DNA of 64,000 bases from positions 1 through 64,000 of the IMG/VR virus record IMGVR_UViG_3300033146_003848. One strand, given 5' to 3'. Shown here piece by piece: positions 38,696 to 48,050 of this stretch. The notes beneath the pieces were generated by a model. It was not told the origin of the DNA, did not search any database, and saw only the letters and a list, made by a program, of their open reading frames with translations. The translations under genes and the position numbers were made by a program. The DNA is from a virus. Position 1 is the first letter of the stretch. Each line of letters opens with the position of its first letter.

Positions 38696-39724
38696 TCAAC
38701 TCGGTTTTATTCCTATTTGAGATTCGATAATCCATTTATGCATTTGTCTCACAATAAAGTCATTGACAAGATCTCGATTCATTTTCTTAGGTAATGTTGT
38801 GGTTTTTTTCAATTCCATCATCTTTGATTCTAAGTCATCTGAATATTGAATGATATTAGTTAAGTGCCATTTACCTAATTTTATGTCTAAAATTTCAGAA
38901 GCATTAGTTAGTGGAAATGTAATTTGTTGATTTTCTAATAATTCGATTCCCTCATGAAGAAGTCTAATTAGATGTGATGCGAATTTTGTATCATATCCAT
39001 AATTTAAAATTAGGTCTTGTCTATTGGTTCCATTATCAACTCGTTCTTTCAATTTAACAATCGCAGATTTAATCATATCGTTCCATGGGAGATTAATATC
39101 TCCAATTGTTAAAAATTGATCATGAAATCTAAATGAATGTCCTTTGGAGTTATCATTATCTTTAGCCCATGAGTTAAGAATGGCAAGAAACTCTTTGTTT
39201 TCTCTTAAATGATCAATCGTTCTTTTGGGATCTAAACTCAAAAAGAAATCTAAAATGATATTCATTTCTTTGAATTTATCTTTTTTGATTATCATTTTAT
39301 GCTTTTGGCTCTTAGCATATCCTAAGAATCGTCCAACTAATCCTCGATGTAAAAATATATCTCTATTAGCAATTAAGTCTTTACCATAATCATTGATAAA
39401 TATTATACTGTCTTTCGATGGATACAGTAATTCTAATATATTAGGATTATTTTGCATCGCTAACATACAAAATTTTTGATATGCGTAAAATTTACGATCG
39501 ATGGACTCTTTTGTGTTTTTACCAAAAGCATCTTTAAATTGAATTGAAAAATCAACTTCTTCTACTTTATCTATTCCCAATATATATCTAATGGATGGTA
39601 AAAATATCCCTAATTTATCTTCATCTGAATTGGGAGTAGCAGTTCCATACAATCTGCTTCCCGAAATTACTTCTAATATTTTACCATTTTCAGCAACAGT
39701 TTCAACATCATTTAATGTTCGCAT
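38696..39724 (-). CDS. Pol-beta superfamily nucleotidyltransferase (RlaP/YcgL-like)
   Basis: SGSRLYGTATPNSDED, NPNILELL, YDTKFASHLIRL, IKLGK. Confidence 0.85.
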   Translation of the reverse strand: MRTLNDVETVAENGKILEVISGSRLYGTATPNSDEDKLGIFLPSIRYILGIDKVEEVDFSIQFKDAFGKNTKESIDRKFYAYQKFCMLAMQNNPNILELLYPSKDSIIFINDYGKDLIANRDIFLHRGLVGRFLGYAKSQKHKMIIKKDKFKEMNIILDFFLSLDPKRTIDHLRENKEFLAILNSWAKDNDNSKGHSFRFHDQFLTIGDINLPWNDMIKSAIVKLKERVDNGTNRQDLILNYGYDTKFASHLIRLLHEGIELLENQQITFPLTNASEILDIKLGKWHLTNIIQYSDDLESKMMELKKTTTLPKKMNRDLVNDFIVRQMHKWIIESQIGIKPS

Positions 39725-39757
39725 AACAATCTCACAACTATAATTAATAACACAATT

Positions 39758-39786
39758 AGAATATCATGTTTCAAAACAAAAGTCAA
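39758..39786 (-). promoter_or_regulatory. sigma70-type promoter
   Basis: TTGACT-N17-TATTCT with TG extension. Confidence 0.6.
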
Positions 39787-39894
39787 AAATAATGAAGATA
39801 TTAATGCCCATTTTCGTGAAGATGTGAGTTCTCAATATCATCTGCAAATATAGAATCAGCATCTATTGCATGTAATTTTCAGAAATCATATCAT

Positions 39895-40434
39895 TCATTT
39901 CGAAACCTTTACTTCATTTCCCCAAACGTCCCAACCATAACTGTCCATTCTAGCAAACATTTCTAATTTTTGAAATCCTTCTCTATCGGACACCTTCTCT
40001 ATTAAATCTCGCATACGCTCGGGCTTTTGACTATGTTTCATTCGTTTAGCATGGAATGATGTAGTTCCTTGTTGTCGTTTGCCATTAACAACTTTATATG
40101 GAATCATCCCTTTGACTCCAAATAAGCAATGCTCACTTTGTCCTCGAAAATATTGTCCTAATCCAATTCGGTCTTTCGTCCAAGTAATCATCGTTTTATA
40201 TTTAAATCCCCATGCTTCCATCACTTTAAGTCCATCTATCATGAAATTATTAGTTACCCATAAGTATAAGTGAGCATTATCATTTGTTGGTGGAACTAAT
40301 TTCATAATATCTTTAGTTTTCATCAACGGATAATGAGCATCTGCTCCTCGCTTAATCTTCCCTCCACCAGACTCTTTCCAGGGAGGGTCAGCATAAATAA
40401 TATCATATTTCTTATTTGGAAATGGTATTGACAT
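39895..40434 (-). CDS. MT-A70 family N6-adenine methyltransferase
   Basis: YDIIYADPPW, LYLWVTN, AWGF.YKT, HSQKP, LEMFAR, GWDVWGNE. Confidence 0.92.
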   Translation of the reverse strand: MSIPFPNKKYDIIYADPPWKESGGGKIKRGADAHYPLMKTKDIMKLVPPTNDNAHLYLWVTNNFMIDGLKVMEAWGFKYKTMITWTKDRIGLGQYFRGQSEHCLFGVKGMIPYKVVNGKRQQGTTSFHAKRMKHSQKPERMRDLIEKVSDREGFQKLEMFARMDSYGWDVWGNEVKVSK

Positions 40435-40436
40435 TA

Positions 40437-41456
40437 TTATTTACCATTGATTTTAAAATGAATTACTGAAAAATCATTATCATTAGATGATTCCAGTTTT
40501 GGAGCATTCGCATAATATATCGTCTCATTAACCGAAGATGAAGTGGTAAAAGCCAATAAATCTCGTCGCTCATCTATAAATTGTTGACAATCTTTCTCAG
40601 TAACATAAAAATCATCCGCTTGAAGTGAACGTTTTAATGTACTCGTCGATACGCATCCATATGTAGTAAGTAATAACTGAATAGTCTCATCAACATCTTC
40701 AGATGAAGGCTTTTCAAATCGTATTGTATATTTAAAGTAATAGTTTTTATTAGAATGTTTAATTATTTCCCAATCCCACTGTTCATTTTGGGCTAAATCT
40801 GCTAGAAGTTTAACTGCATACGATTGAGTCGCGTAATATCCAGATTCTCTCAAGAAAATTTTCAGATCCTTAGCCGTAATATATCCTAATGTTGACATAA
40901 TAATATTGACGGCTTCTTCGATTCTATCGGAACTAGCATACTCATAATTCGCATACTCATAATTCGCATCTTCATCGTTCAACACAATCTCATCTGAATA
41001 TTTATCAACGATGTCTGTCCAAATATTATATATATCATTGGACATTCCCGAAATCATCGTATCGAAGTCGTTAACAAGTAGATCATATTCATACTTAATA
41101 TTAGTTCGACTTAATTTATTAACTAACTTTAATATCTTAGAAATATATTTAGCATCATTCGTTGATATTGAGTACTCTTCAATTAAAGTTTTTACTATTT
41201 CCATTTCATTAATTCGATTTCCAAAAAAGATCTCTTTAATCGAACTAGTTCTAGATTTGGCACGATCTGAATTTCTAGATTCAGATTCCTCATTCTTTGA
41301 TGACGTAATGTCACTTGAAACTTGAGAATATACAAATTCCTCAAATATGGTTTGAAATAATTCATCAGAAGTATGTTTTTGAACAATACTCAAAAGAGTG
41401 TCTAATACTTGCATAGTCGTCTCACTTAAATAATTAATAACAATATAATATATCAT
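40437..41456 (-). CDS. Hypothetical protein with two similar winged-helix-like C-terminal units
   Basis: G.ITAKDLK..LR..GYYATQ versus G.VSTSTLK..LQ..DFYVTE. Confidence 0.55.
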   Translation of the reverse strand: MIYYIVINYLSETTMQVLDTLLSIVQKHTSDELFQTIFEEFVYSQVSSDITSSKNEESESRNSDRAKSRTSSIKEIFFGNRINEMEIVKTLIEEYSISTNDAKYISKILKLVNKLSRTNIKYEYDLLVNDFDTMISGMSNDIYNIWTDIVDKYSDEIVLNDEDANYEYANYEYASSDRIEEAVNIIMSTLGYITAKDLKIFLRESGYYATQSYAVKLLADLAQNEQWDWEIIKHSNKNYYFKYTIRFEKPSSEDVDETIQLLLTTYGCVSTSTLKRSLQADDFYVTEKDCQQFIDERRDLLAFTTSSSVNETIYYANAPKLESSNDNDFSVIHFKINGK

Positions 41457-41486
41457 TATATATAATTTATGTGAGAAAAAAATGTC

Positions 41487-42017
41487 CTATTCGTCAAACC
41501 AAATTATATTATTAGATTCTTTAGCGAGTGATAATACCTTGAGATTAAACGTTTCATCATATAACTCTTCAAATAGTCCCATCATTTCAAAAATAACATG
41601 TTGATACCAATATATAAATGAATCGTTCTCATCTGTACGATTAACTGGATCAGAAGAGCATATGGCAATGATTTCTCTTCTAATGTTAGTAATACCTCGC
41701 TCCAATTCATCTATATCATCATCAATTGAATTCTTAGAAACTCTCTTGCGATAAAATTCAACTTCATTTAAATCTCCATCATTTTCAATCTCATAAGAAA
41801 CTATTTTTAATAATTGTAATTGAATATTACATTCAATAAGTTCATCGAGAGTATCACTTATGGTTTTTGCACATGATGCAATCGACTCTTTCATTGTTGA
41901 TGCCCCATAAGATATTATTAGTAATTCTCGAGTTTCAAGATCTATTTTAAAATTAGATATATCTTGTAAAACTCGATCTATATTTGTTGAATAATCAACC
42001 GTAAATTCAAATGCCAT
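41487..42017 (-). CDS. Hypothetical protein
   Basis: GAGG RBS; ORF. Confidence 0.6.
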   Translation of the reverse strand: MAFEFTVDYSTNIDRVLQDISNFKIDLETRELLIISYGASTMKESIASCAKTISDTLDELIECNIQLQLLKIVSYEIENDGDLNEVEFYRKRVSKNSIDDDIDELERGITNIRREIIAICSSDPVNRTDENDSFIYWYQHVIFEMMGLFEELYDETFNLKVLSLAKESNNIIWFDE

Positions 42018-42203
42018 TTTGGAATACCTCTTTTGTTACAATTCACTATTCAGGGTTAAAATCGCCAGACTTTTCAACAGCATATGTTTTAAATTTAACA
42101 TTGCATTTTGAAATAGAATCAATAACAATATTGATATCAACGAACCCATTCACATTAAGTATTTCCATAAGAACCTCCTTTATATTATTATTTAACAAGC
42201 AAT

Positions 42204-42491
42204 CTACTTGTTGTTTTTCATATTATTCATCATCATCATCATCATCATAGGATCAATATTTGATTCTCCAGACTTAGAATTCATCATCATCATCATCATC
42301 ATAGGATCAATATTTGATTCTCCAGACTTAGAATTCATCATCATCATCATCATCATAGGATTATTCATCATATTAGCACTCCTTGATTTTTTACCTAGCA
42401 TTGAATTAGCCACACCATTGACTAATTTATTCTCTACATTTCGTTGAACTTTTTCATTAAAACTTTTCGCTTTCATATTAATTTTCTCCAT
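42204..42491 (-). CDS. Poly-methionine repeat protein
   Basis: Three M7 runs within NSKSGESNIDPMMMMMMM repeats. Confidence 0.65.
   Translation of the reverse strand: MEKINMKAKSFNEKVQRNVENKLVNGVANSMLGKKSRSANMMNNPMMMMMMMNSKSGESNIDPMMMMMMMNSKSGESNIDPMMMMMMMNNMKNNK
42226..42361. repeat. 54-bp tandem repeat (2.5 copies) containing (CAT)7
   Basis: Units start at 42226, 42280 and 42334. Confidence 0.9.
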
Positions 42492-42867
42492 TCATACTGT
42501 TTGCGAGTAACCACATTTTTAAAAACGAATTCGACTTAGATCTTGATGAATCCATCATCGCACACTCTTTATCTTTTTCCATTGGAGCATATCGTTTTAA
42601 TAAATCGCTCATCATTCTAGATTTTAAAATTTCAATCGAATTATCATCATGTAGTTTCATAACCATATCGCTTCCATACAAAACTCGTCTAGGAATCGTC
42701 GATATTGAATTTGAATTTGGATCACAAATGACTAATAATTGAGTTTTTATACCTAATTCATTTAACTTCGATATTTCTCGATGAATATTATCCATTGAGA
42801 CTTGAATATCTTCTGCCTTCAAAAGATGATTCAGACTAGTTGCATCATTTATCTTTATTGACATCAT
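42478..42867 (-). CDS. Hypothetical protein
   Basis: Coupled ORF in the Met-rich operon. Confidence 0.6.
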   Translation of the reverse strand: MMSIKINDATSLNHLLKAEDIQVSMDNIHREISKLNELGIKTQLLVICDPNSNSISTIPRRVLYGSDMVMKLHDDNSIEILKSRMMSDLLKRYAPMEKDKECAMMDSSRSKSNSFLKMWLLANSMNGEN

Positions 42868-43057
42868 TACTTCTCCTCATATTTTGCATCATTTGCATCA
42901 TCATCATCATTTTGAACATCTTTCGATTCGAACTCTTAGATGAAGAATTCGAACTAGCAAATGAACTCATGACACTATCAATTGTACTTCTTGGACTCGA
43001 AGAGTTAATATCATCAAACTTAGTAATTGCATCAATCAAATTAAAATCTATTATCAT
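42845..43057 (-). CDS. Small Met-rich protein
   Basis: AGGAGG RBS; KMMMMMQMMQNM. Confidence 0.6.
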   Translation of the reverse strand: MIIDFNLIDAITKFDDINSSSPRSTIDSVMSSFASSNSSSKSSNRKMFKMMMMMQMMQNMRRSNDVNKDK

Positions 43058-43074
43058 AAGTTCCTCCTTAAATA

Positions 43075-43096
43075 AGAGGGAGAATGAACTCCCTCT
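43075..43096 (-). terminator. Hairpin after the Met-rich gene
   Basis: AGAGGGAG-N6-CTCCCTCT. Confidence 0.6.
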
Positions 43097-43111
43097 AGTA
43101 ATTACAAAAAA

Positions 43112-43921
43112 CTATTCAGCAGAGTTTTCAGTGTCGACTTTAGTTGCTGTCTTTTTGGCAGTTCTTTTAGTGGATTTTTTAGCAGGTTTAGCAGGTTTTG
43201 CTGTTGATGCTTCAGGAAACATTGCAACAAAAGGATTTGCATTATTGTTTCCATTTCCTCCCATCATGTTCATCATCATCATCATCTCAAATGGATCCAT
43301 GCTAGAATCACCACTCATCATCAAGAAAGGCAACATTTTGTTAATATCTGTTCCATCATTATTCCCATTGAAGATTCCACTCATCATGTTCATCATCATT
43401 ATGTCGCCCATTTGGCCTCCCATAATATCATCTCCACTATCTCCCATCATCAACATCATCATCATTGGATTACTCATAATATTAGACATATCCATATTCT
43501 CAGGATTTCCATCTTGAATTCCCATTAGAGAAAAAAGTGAGATGACTTTAGTGAAGAAAAGCATATTTCCCATTATAGATTTAATAGGATGAACAACAAT
43601 AGTTTCATTTGCACCAAAATCATACGCTTCAATTCTTCCATCAGGTCTAATTTCACTTGCAAAAAGAACTTTCTCTTTATGAAGAATGATATCTCCAACA
43701 TTAACTTGATTCACTGGCATTTTGAAGAATGAATCTCCTCCTGATTTAAATACCATATCTGCAACATTTGTTACAGAACAAGTCTTTGGTTCAAAAGTGA
43801 TCCAACTACCTTCTGAATCTCTTACTGCAATTCCTTTTGGACTCATAGCAAATCTACCATCAGATAGTTTACCGAATTCCATGTTGCCAAACATTTTACT
43901 CAAATTCATTTTTCCAAACAT
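43112..43921 (-). CDS. Met/Gly/Asn-rich phage protein with a basic histone-H1-like tail
   Basis: N-terminal globular part, repeated PMMMMLMMG-like motifs, AKPAKPAKKSTKRTAKK tail; AGGAG RBS. Confidence 0.75.
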   Translation of the reverse strand: MFGKMNLSKMFGNMEFGKLSDGRFAMSPKGIAVRDSEGSWITFEPKTCSVTNVADMVFKSGGDSFFKMPVNQVNVGDIILHKEKVLFASEIRPDGRIEAYDFGANETIVVHPIKSIMGNMLFFTKVISLFSLMGIQDGNPENMDMSNIMSNPMMMMLMMGDSGDDIMGGQMGDIMMMNMMSGIFNGNNDGTDINKMLPFLMMSGDSSMDPFEMMMMMNMMGGNGNNNANPFVAMFPEASTAKPAKPAKKSTKRTAKKTATKVDTENSAE

Positions 43922-43990
43922 ACTTTTCTCCTTTAAAAATAAAAAACAACCATAACTCTCAAAACGACTGTATCATTCAATCACATATAC

Positions 43991-44019
43991 AATATAACAT
44001 AACTAAGTCTCGAAGTCAA
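43991..44019 (-). promoter_or_regulatory. sigma70-type promoter of the Met-rich operon
   Basis: TTGACT-N17-TATATT with TG extension. Confidence 0.7.
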
Positions 44020-44215
44020 TTATTATCAAAAATAAAAAGACCAAACAAATGACACATTAGTTATGAGTACTAAGTCAGTATAATATATCACAATTAATTA
44101 AAAAACGCAAATATAATAATCCTAATTGTCAAAATTAATTTTTGGATATCTCATTTTAATTAACTCACTAAATCGAATCGAAATAATCATGCGACTTTCG
44201 AAATTCATAACAGTA

Positions 44216-44794
44216 TCAACTATCATAACGATAATCTAATGGTTCATCCATAGATTCCTCATTCTCATATGTTTCATAATCAGCATATTCTTTCTCTGAA
44301 ACGTTTTTTATATGAATGCTTAATCCTAATAGAGATTCTATAGTATCTTCACCAATATATTCCATTCCCCATTCCGATCCCAATTCAGCATAATGAGTCA
44401 ATCTCATTTCGGATAATTCATCATCAGTAATTCCATCTATATCATCGAACATCGTTACCAATGCATCTCCATATTTATGATCACTATACTCGTCCCATAG
44501 ATTAAATTCACGATCACCCATTCGCTCTTGAATTTCAGCAACTAATGCCAAAAAGGCATCAATATCTGTACCAATTTTTGCTTTTAATTTAGTATTGCTA
44601 TATAATGCTCCATGTTCAGAAACATATGTATCATAGTATGCATATTTCACAAATACAGCAAAAAATGTTCCTTTTTCCATCACTTTACCATACTCATTCA
44701 CAAAATATCCAGCCTTAGAAACTTCTTCCCACAATTCATCTCGCTCGATGTTGTTTTTATCTACGGCATCTTGAAAATATTCTTTATTCTTCAT
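44216..44794 (-). CDS. Acidic hypothetical protein
   Basis: GAGGAG RBS; rich in D, E and Y. Confidence 0.65.
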   Translation of the reverse strand: MKNKEYFQDAVDKNNIERDELWEEVSKAGYFVNEYGKVMEKGTFFAVFVKYAYYDTYVSEHGALYSNTKLKAKIGTDIDAFLALVAEIQERMGDREFNLWDEYSDHKYGDALVTMFDDIDGITDDELSEMRLTHYAELGSEWGMEYIGEDTIESLLGLSIHIKNVSEKEYADYETYENEESMDEPLDYRYDS

Positions 44795-45563
44795 TATTCT
44801 CCTCTTTTAATTTATTCAATAACTTGCTAATTCCACTTTCTAATCTGAGATGTGGATCTAGATGAGTCCCTATGTTATTATCATCAACACGTCCCACACT
44901 GTTCTCTTCTTCTAGTTGTGAATCGTTATCATAATACTGCATAATATCATTTGATACGGAATCTTTCGAAAATCTAGAAAGAGACTCGTTTAATTCATTT
45001 TGATATTGTCGTTCAGTCGAAAGTGTATTTGAACGAACTCTTAATACTTTAGATAATTCCTGCTCAGTTAATATATAAATCTTCTCATCAACCTTGATAG
45101 AAGAAGAACTCCATAGAAAATTCATCTTATCTTGAATAAATATACCTAGTTCTTTTATGATATTGGCTCTAAAAATCATTCGAGATACTCCATCAGGAGC
45201 AATCGTTAGTTCTCCACTAGAATTCTCAAACTTCAACTTATCGGATGATGATGCAGAAATAGGACAAGTAAATTTTTCAAAATCTTTAAGGGTTAGAGAA
45301 TCTCGTCGTTCATCGTAAGCATCCATATATTTTTTTGTAATTAGTTCTTCATTGGAGTTTTCACTTTTTAATCTAGCAAATTCTTTCAATAAGTTATCAA
45401 CTTTATGTGTGATGTCTTTCCATTCACCAGACATCGTTTTAGCCATCAGTTTGAGATCATTAAACTCAAACTCTACATATGCCTCTCCGGACGATTCTCT
45501 TCGTTCTTTAATAAATTTCAACGCTAATAGTTGAAAAAAGTCTAGGTTCATTTTATCCTCCAA
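44784..45563 (-). CDS. Hypothetical protein
   Basis: Coupled ORF. Confidence 0.65.
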   Translation of the reverse strand: MEDKMNLDFFQLLALKFIKERRESSGEAYVEFEFNDLKLMAKTMSGEWKDITHKVDNLLKEFARLKSENSNEELITKKYMDAYDERRDSLTLKDFEKFTCPISASSSDKLKFENSSGELTIAPDGVSRMIFRANIIKELGIFIQDKMNFLWSSSSIKVDEKIYILTEQELSKVLRVRSNTLSTERQYQNELNESLSRFSKDSVSNDIMQYYDNDSQLEEENSVGRVDDNNIGTHLDPHLRLESGISKLLNKLKEENNEE

Positions 45564-45954
45564 TTGTTAAATATAAACCAGGGTCATGTATTATTTTTTG
45601 CATTGTTGAATATGAATCGGGATCGACAATCAACTCGCAATTTATTTTGAATGGAGATATAGTGCCAGGCAATCGCATTGAATATCTGTCATGTGAAAAC
45701 GATATTTCATCCATTACTAACTCATCTATTGAATAATTCACTATTTGAATTGGAACTTTGATATTCATAGCATTACTAAGTCTAGAGCATTCCATTGCTT
45801 GATGTTGAGATAAATTTAACAATTCTGCATTTTTTCGTTCTAAATCCGCAATTACAGTCTGCATTTTGACAGTTTCACTTGTTAATTTATCATTTAATCG
45901 TTTGAGTTTCATTAAAAGTAATTTGATCATATAAAAATCTCCCAAAAGTTTCAT
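45553..45954 (-). CDS. Hypothetical coiled-coil protein
   Basis: ORF behind a TGATATATT box. Confidence 0.6.
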   Translation of the reverse strand: MKLLGDFYMIKLLLMKLKRLNDKLTSETVKMQTVIADLERKNAELLNLSQHQAMECSRLSNAMNIKVPIQIVNYSIDELVMDEISFSHDRYSMRLPGTISPFKINCELIVDPDSYSTMQKIIHDPGLYLTIGG

Positions 45955-46000
45955 TAATATAATATATCAAATAATGCGAAATTTGTACGAAGATTTTAAC

Positions 46001-46480
46001 CTAATTTAATCGTTGAAGATCAGGAGCAATTCTGAATTCGATATCAGGCTCTCCTTGAGAAAATGTATGAAGAGTATCTTGAATTTCCATAATATCATCG
46101 TTGGTATAGGCGATATCATAGGTAATGATAATTTTTTTCTTATCATATTTAATGTCACGAAAGAAACGCATAAAAACCTTTTCGTTCTTAATCAAGGAGA
46201 TGAATTCATCATCTTGAAGCACTTTCATATCTCCCTTACTATTATCGATCAATTTTATTATAAATTCTTTAACTATATCTCGAACTTTTTCAGCAGGAGT
46301 CAATTCAACGTTAGACGAGAAACTACCTTCAACTTCAGTTCCAAATGGCTTATTGTGAGTGTTTGATGGTTGTATGTATTTATTTTGAGGTAATCCTCTA
46401 TCTGGCATAGTAGGTTGTTCTCCTACGGGCATGTCGTATCCAGCATATTCAGTTAAAAAATTAGCGTTTAGTTTTACCAC
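46001..46480 (-). CDS. Hypothetical late protein
   Basis: GTG start with AGGAG RBS; AATAAATA box at 46509-46516. Confidence 0.6.
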   Translation of the reverse strand: MVKLNANFLTEYAGYDMPVGEQPTMPDRGLPQNKYIQPSNTHNKPFGTEVEGSFSSNVELTPAEKVRDIVKEFIIKLIDNSKGDMKVLQDDEFISLIKNEKVFMRFFRDIKYDKKKIIITYDIAYTNDDIMEIQDTLHTFSQGEPDIEFRIAPDLQRLN

Positions 46481-46536
46481 AATAATCTCCTTAAATAATT
46501 TATAGTATTATTTATTATTTGATATATTCAATGAAA

Positions 46537-46758
46537 TTAATCTTCTCCTAGCATCAAAAACACCTTCCCATTCTCATTCGTCCATAAAAAGAATGATAGT
46601 TTCAATAATTTCTTTAAATCATTAACATCTAAATCTAAATAGTCCACATCAACTACTTGAAGATATCCTGCTCCAAAAAAATCAGACGTAAATGTTATTT
46701 TACCAGAATATTTATCAATGATATCACAGGCTATCTTTAAATTATATGGATCAATCAA
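46537..46758 (-). CDS. Hypothetical protein
   Basis: Coupled to the adenylyltransferase gene. Confidence 0.5.
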   Translation of the reverse strand: MIDPYNLKIACDIIDKYSGKITFTSDFFGAGYLQVVDVDYLDLDVNDLKKLLKLSFFLWTNENGKVFLMLGED

Positions 46759-47555
46759 CTGTTTCTCCTCTCAGTTATTTCTTCTCGAATTCTAGTAATT
46801 TCCTCATGAAATCCTTGAACATCTTTAATATTTGTTGCACGAGTCATTTTTGCAAATATTTGAGTAATATCATCTTCCAGTTGATCGATAGCACTTTCAC
46901 ACCAATATGGAGTAATATTATCAGTTAACTCAACGAAATGCGGCTCATCGTTATTAGGATGATAACATCTTGTAACTAAACTCCCTGACGTTTTCATAAA
47001 CTTACATTGCTTACATAGATTCATTTCATAATCATCTCGCTTCGCTTTTTCCCAATATTTCATGATTAATTCGAATGACTTTGCTCCAACTAAATGACTA
47101 ATTTTCTCATTTCGATGAAGTCTATCACGAATATCAGTGGCTGAAATTCCCAACTCATTTCGATCCACAATATCATATTGGAATTTATAAGATGTATACA
47201 TCAGCAGATCAGTCATTTCTCCTCCGTAGAATGTTACATCTATTGGAGTTGCATTTTTTTTCCAAAGAGTAATTTGATCCCACAAGGAAGTTATCCAAAT
47301 ATCTAAATCATTCATGTCAGCCAACGGAGCAACTCTTAATTTTGGGAACTCTCGTTGGATAATCTTACGTCTCTCTTGATATTTAAACCAAAACATACTC
47401 TCATCAAAAATATGAGAATTCGCACTCCCTATTAATAATAAACAATTATTAATACCATATTTTTCAATCATTATATTAATAGTATTAATGTGTCCTCTAT
47501 GAAGGGGATTAAATTTACCTACAATTGCCGCAAGGTCTTTCACTATTTTCTCCAT
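46755..47555 (-). CDS. nadM: NadM-like nicotinate/nicotinamide mononucleotide adenylyltransferase
   Basis: IVGKFNPLHRGH (HxGH), IGSAN, ER..II, ISATDIR; extra Cys-rich C-terminus. Confidence 0.82.
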   Translation of the reverse strand: MEKIVKDLAAIVGKFNPLHRGHINTINIMIEKYGINNCLLLIGSANSHIFDESMFWFKYQERRKIIQREFPKLRVAPLADMNDLDIWITSLWDQITLWKKNATPIDVTFYGGEMTDLLMYTSYKFQYDIVDRNELGISATDIRDRLHRNEKISHLVGAKSFELIMKYWEKAKRDDYEMNLCKQCKFMKTSGSLVTRCYHPNNDEPHFVELTDNITPYWCESAIDQLEDDITQIFAKMTRATNIKDVQGFHEEITRIREEITERRNS

Positions 47556-47983
47556 TCGTTAGGTGATTCATTTATCAGCAGTGTTATTGTTACATTCACA
47601 TTATTATGATGTGCTCCTGTTCTCAAATCGAAAAGTTCAGATTGTAAATTTTCATTTTTAGATAGTAATAAATTGAAATTATCAATATATATATCTGTAT
47701 AATCTCCACTCTCAATGAAATTAACTATCTTATCTAAACTTTCAGAATCTTCTACCCAACACTCACAAACAGTTCCACAACTAGGTTTACCATACAAGTC
47801 ACATAATCTTTCTATAGACTCTTCAGTGGTTACAAATAAACTTCTCTTTTCATTTTGGGCTAAGAATGATGAATACAACTCTTTAGTTTTACCACTATGA
47901 GCAGTATTACTTATTTGAATGAATGTTGGTACATTTGTTTTTTTAAAATTCATAATCATTTCCTCATTTAAATTAATAATCAA
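47543..47983 (-). CDS. Small degenerate P-loop NTPase (RecA/KaiC-like)
   Basis: SNTAHSGKT, LFVTTEES, IYIDN. Confidence 0.5.
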   Translation of the reverse strand: MIINLNEEMIMNFKKTNVPTFIQISNTAHSGKTKELYSSFLAQNEKRSLFVTTEESIERLCDLYGKPSCGTVCECWVEDSESLDKIVNFIESGDYTDIYIDNFNLLLSKNENLQSELFDLRTGAHHNNVNVTITLLINESPNEWRK

Positions 47984-47991
47984 CTAGAACT

Positions 47992-48020
47992 ATTATATCA
48001 CATGTAGTTAACAATGTCAA
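47992..48020 (-). promoter_or_regulatory. Perfect sigma70 promoter nested in an 18-bp inverted repeat
   Basis: TTGACA-N17-TATAAT with TG extension; arms at 47979-47996 and 48023-48040. Confidence 0.85.
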
Positions 48021-48050
48021 TAATAATAGTTCTAGTTGATCCACATGAAT

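Noticed and set aside
42226-42361. CRISPR-like or origin repeats
   Set aside because: Units are identical with no unique spacers, are a multiple of 3 long, and lie in frame within a coding region.
42840-43517. 225-aa plus-strand Ile-rich ORF and other antisense ORFs in the track
   Set aside because: These are shadows of minus-strand genes ((CAT)n reads as poly-Ile) and lack RBS or promoter support.
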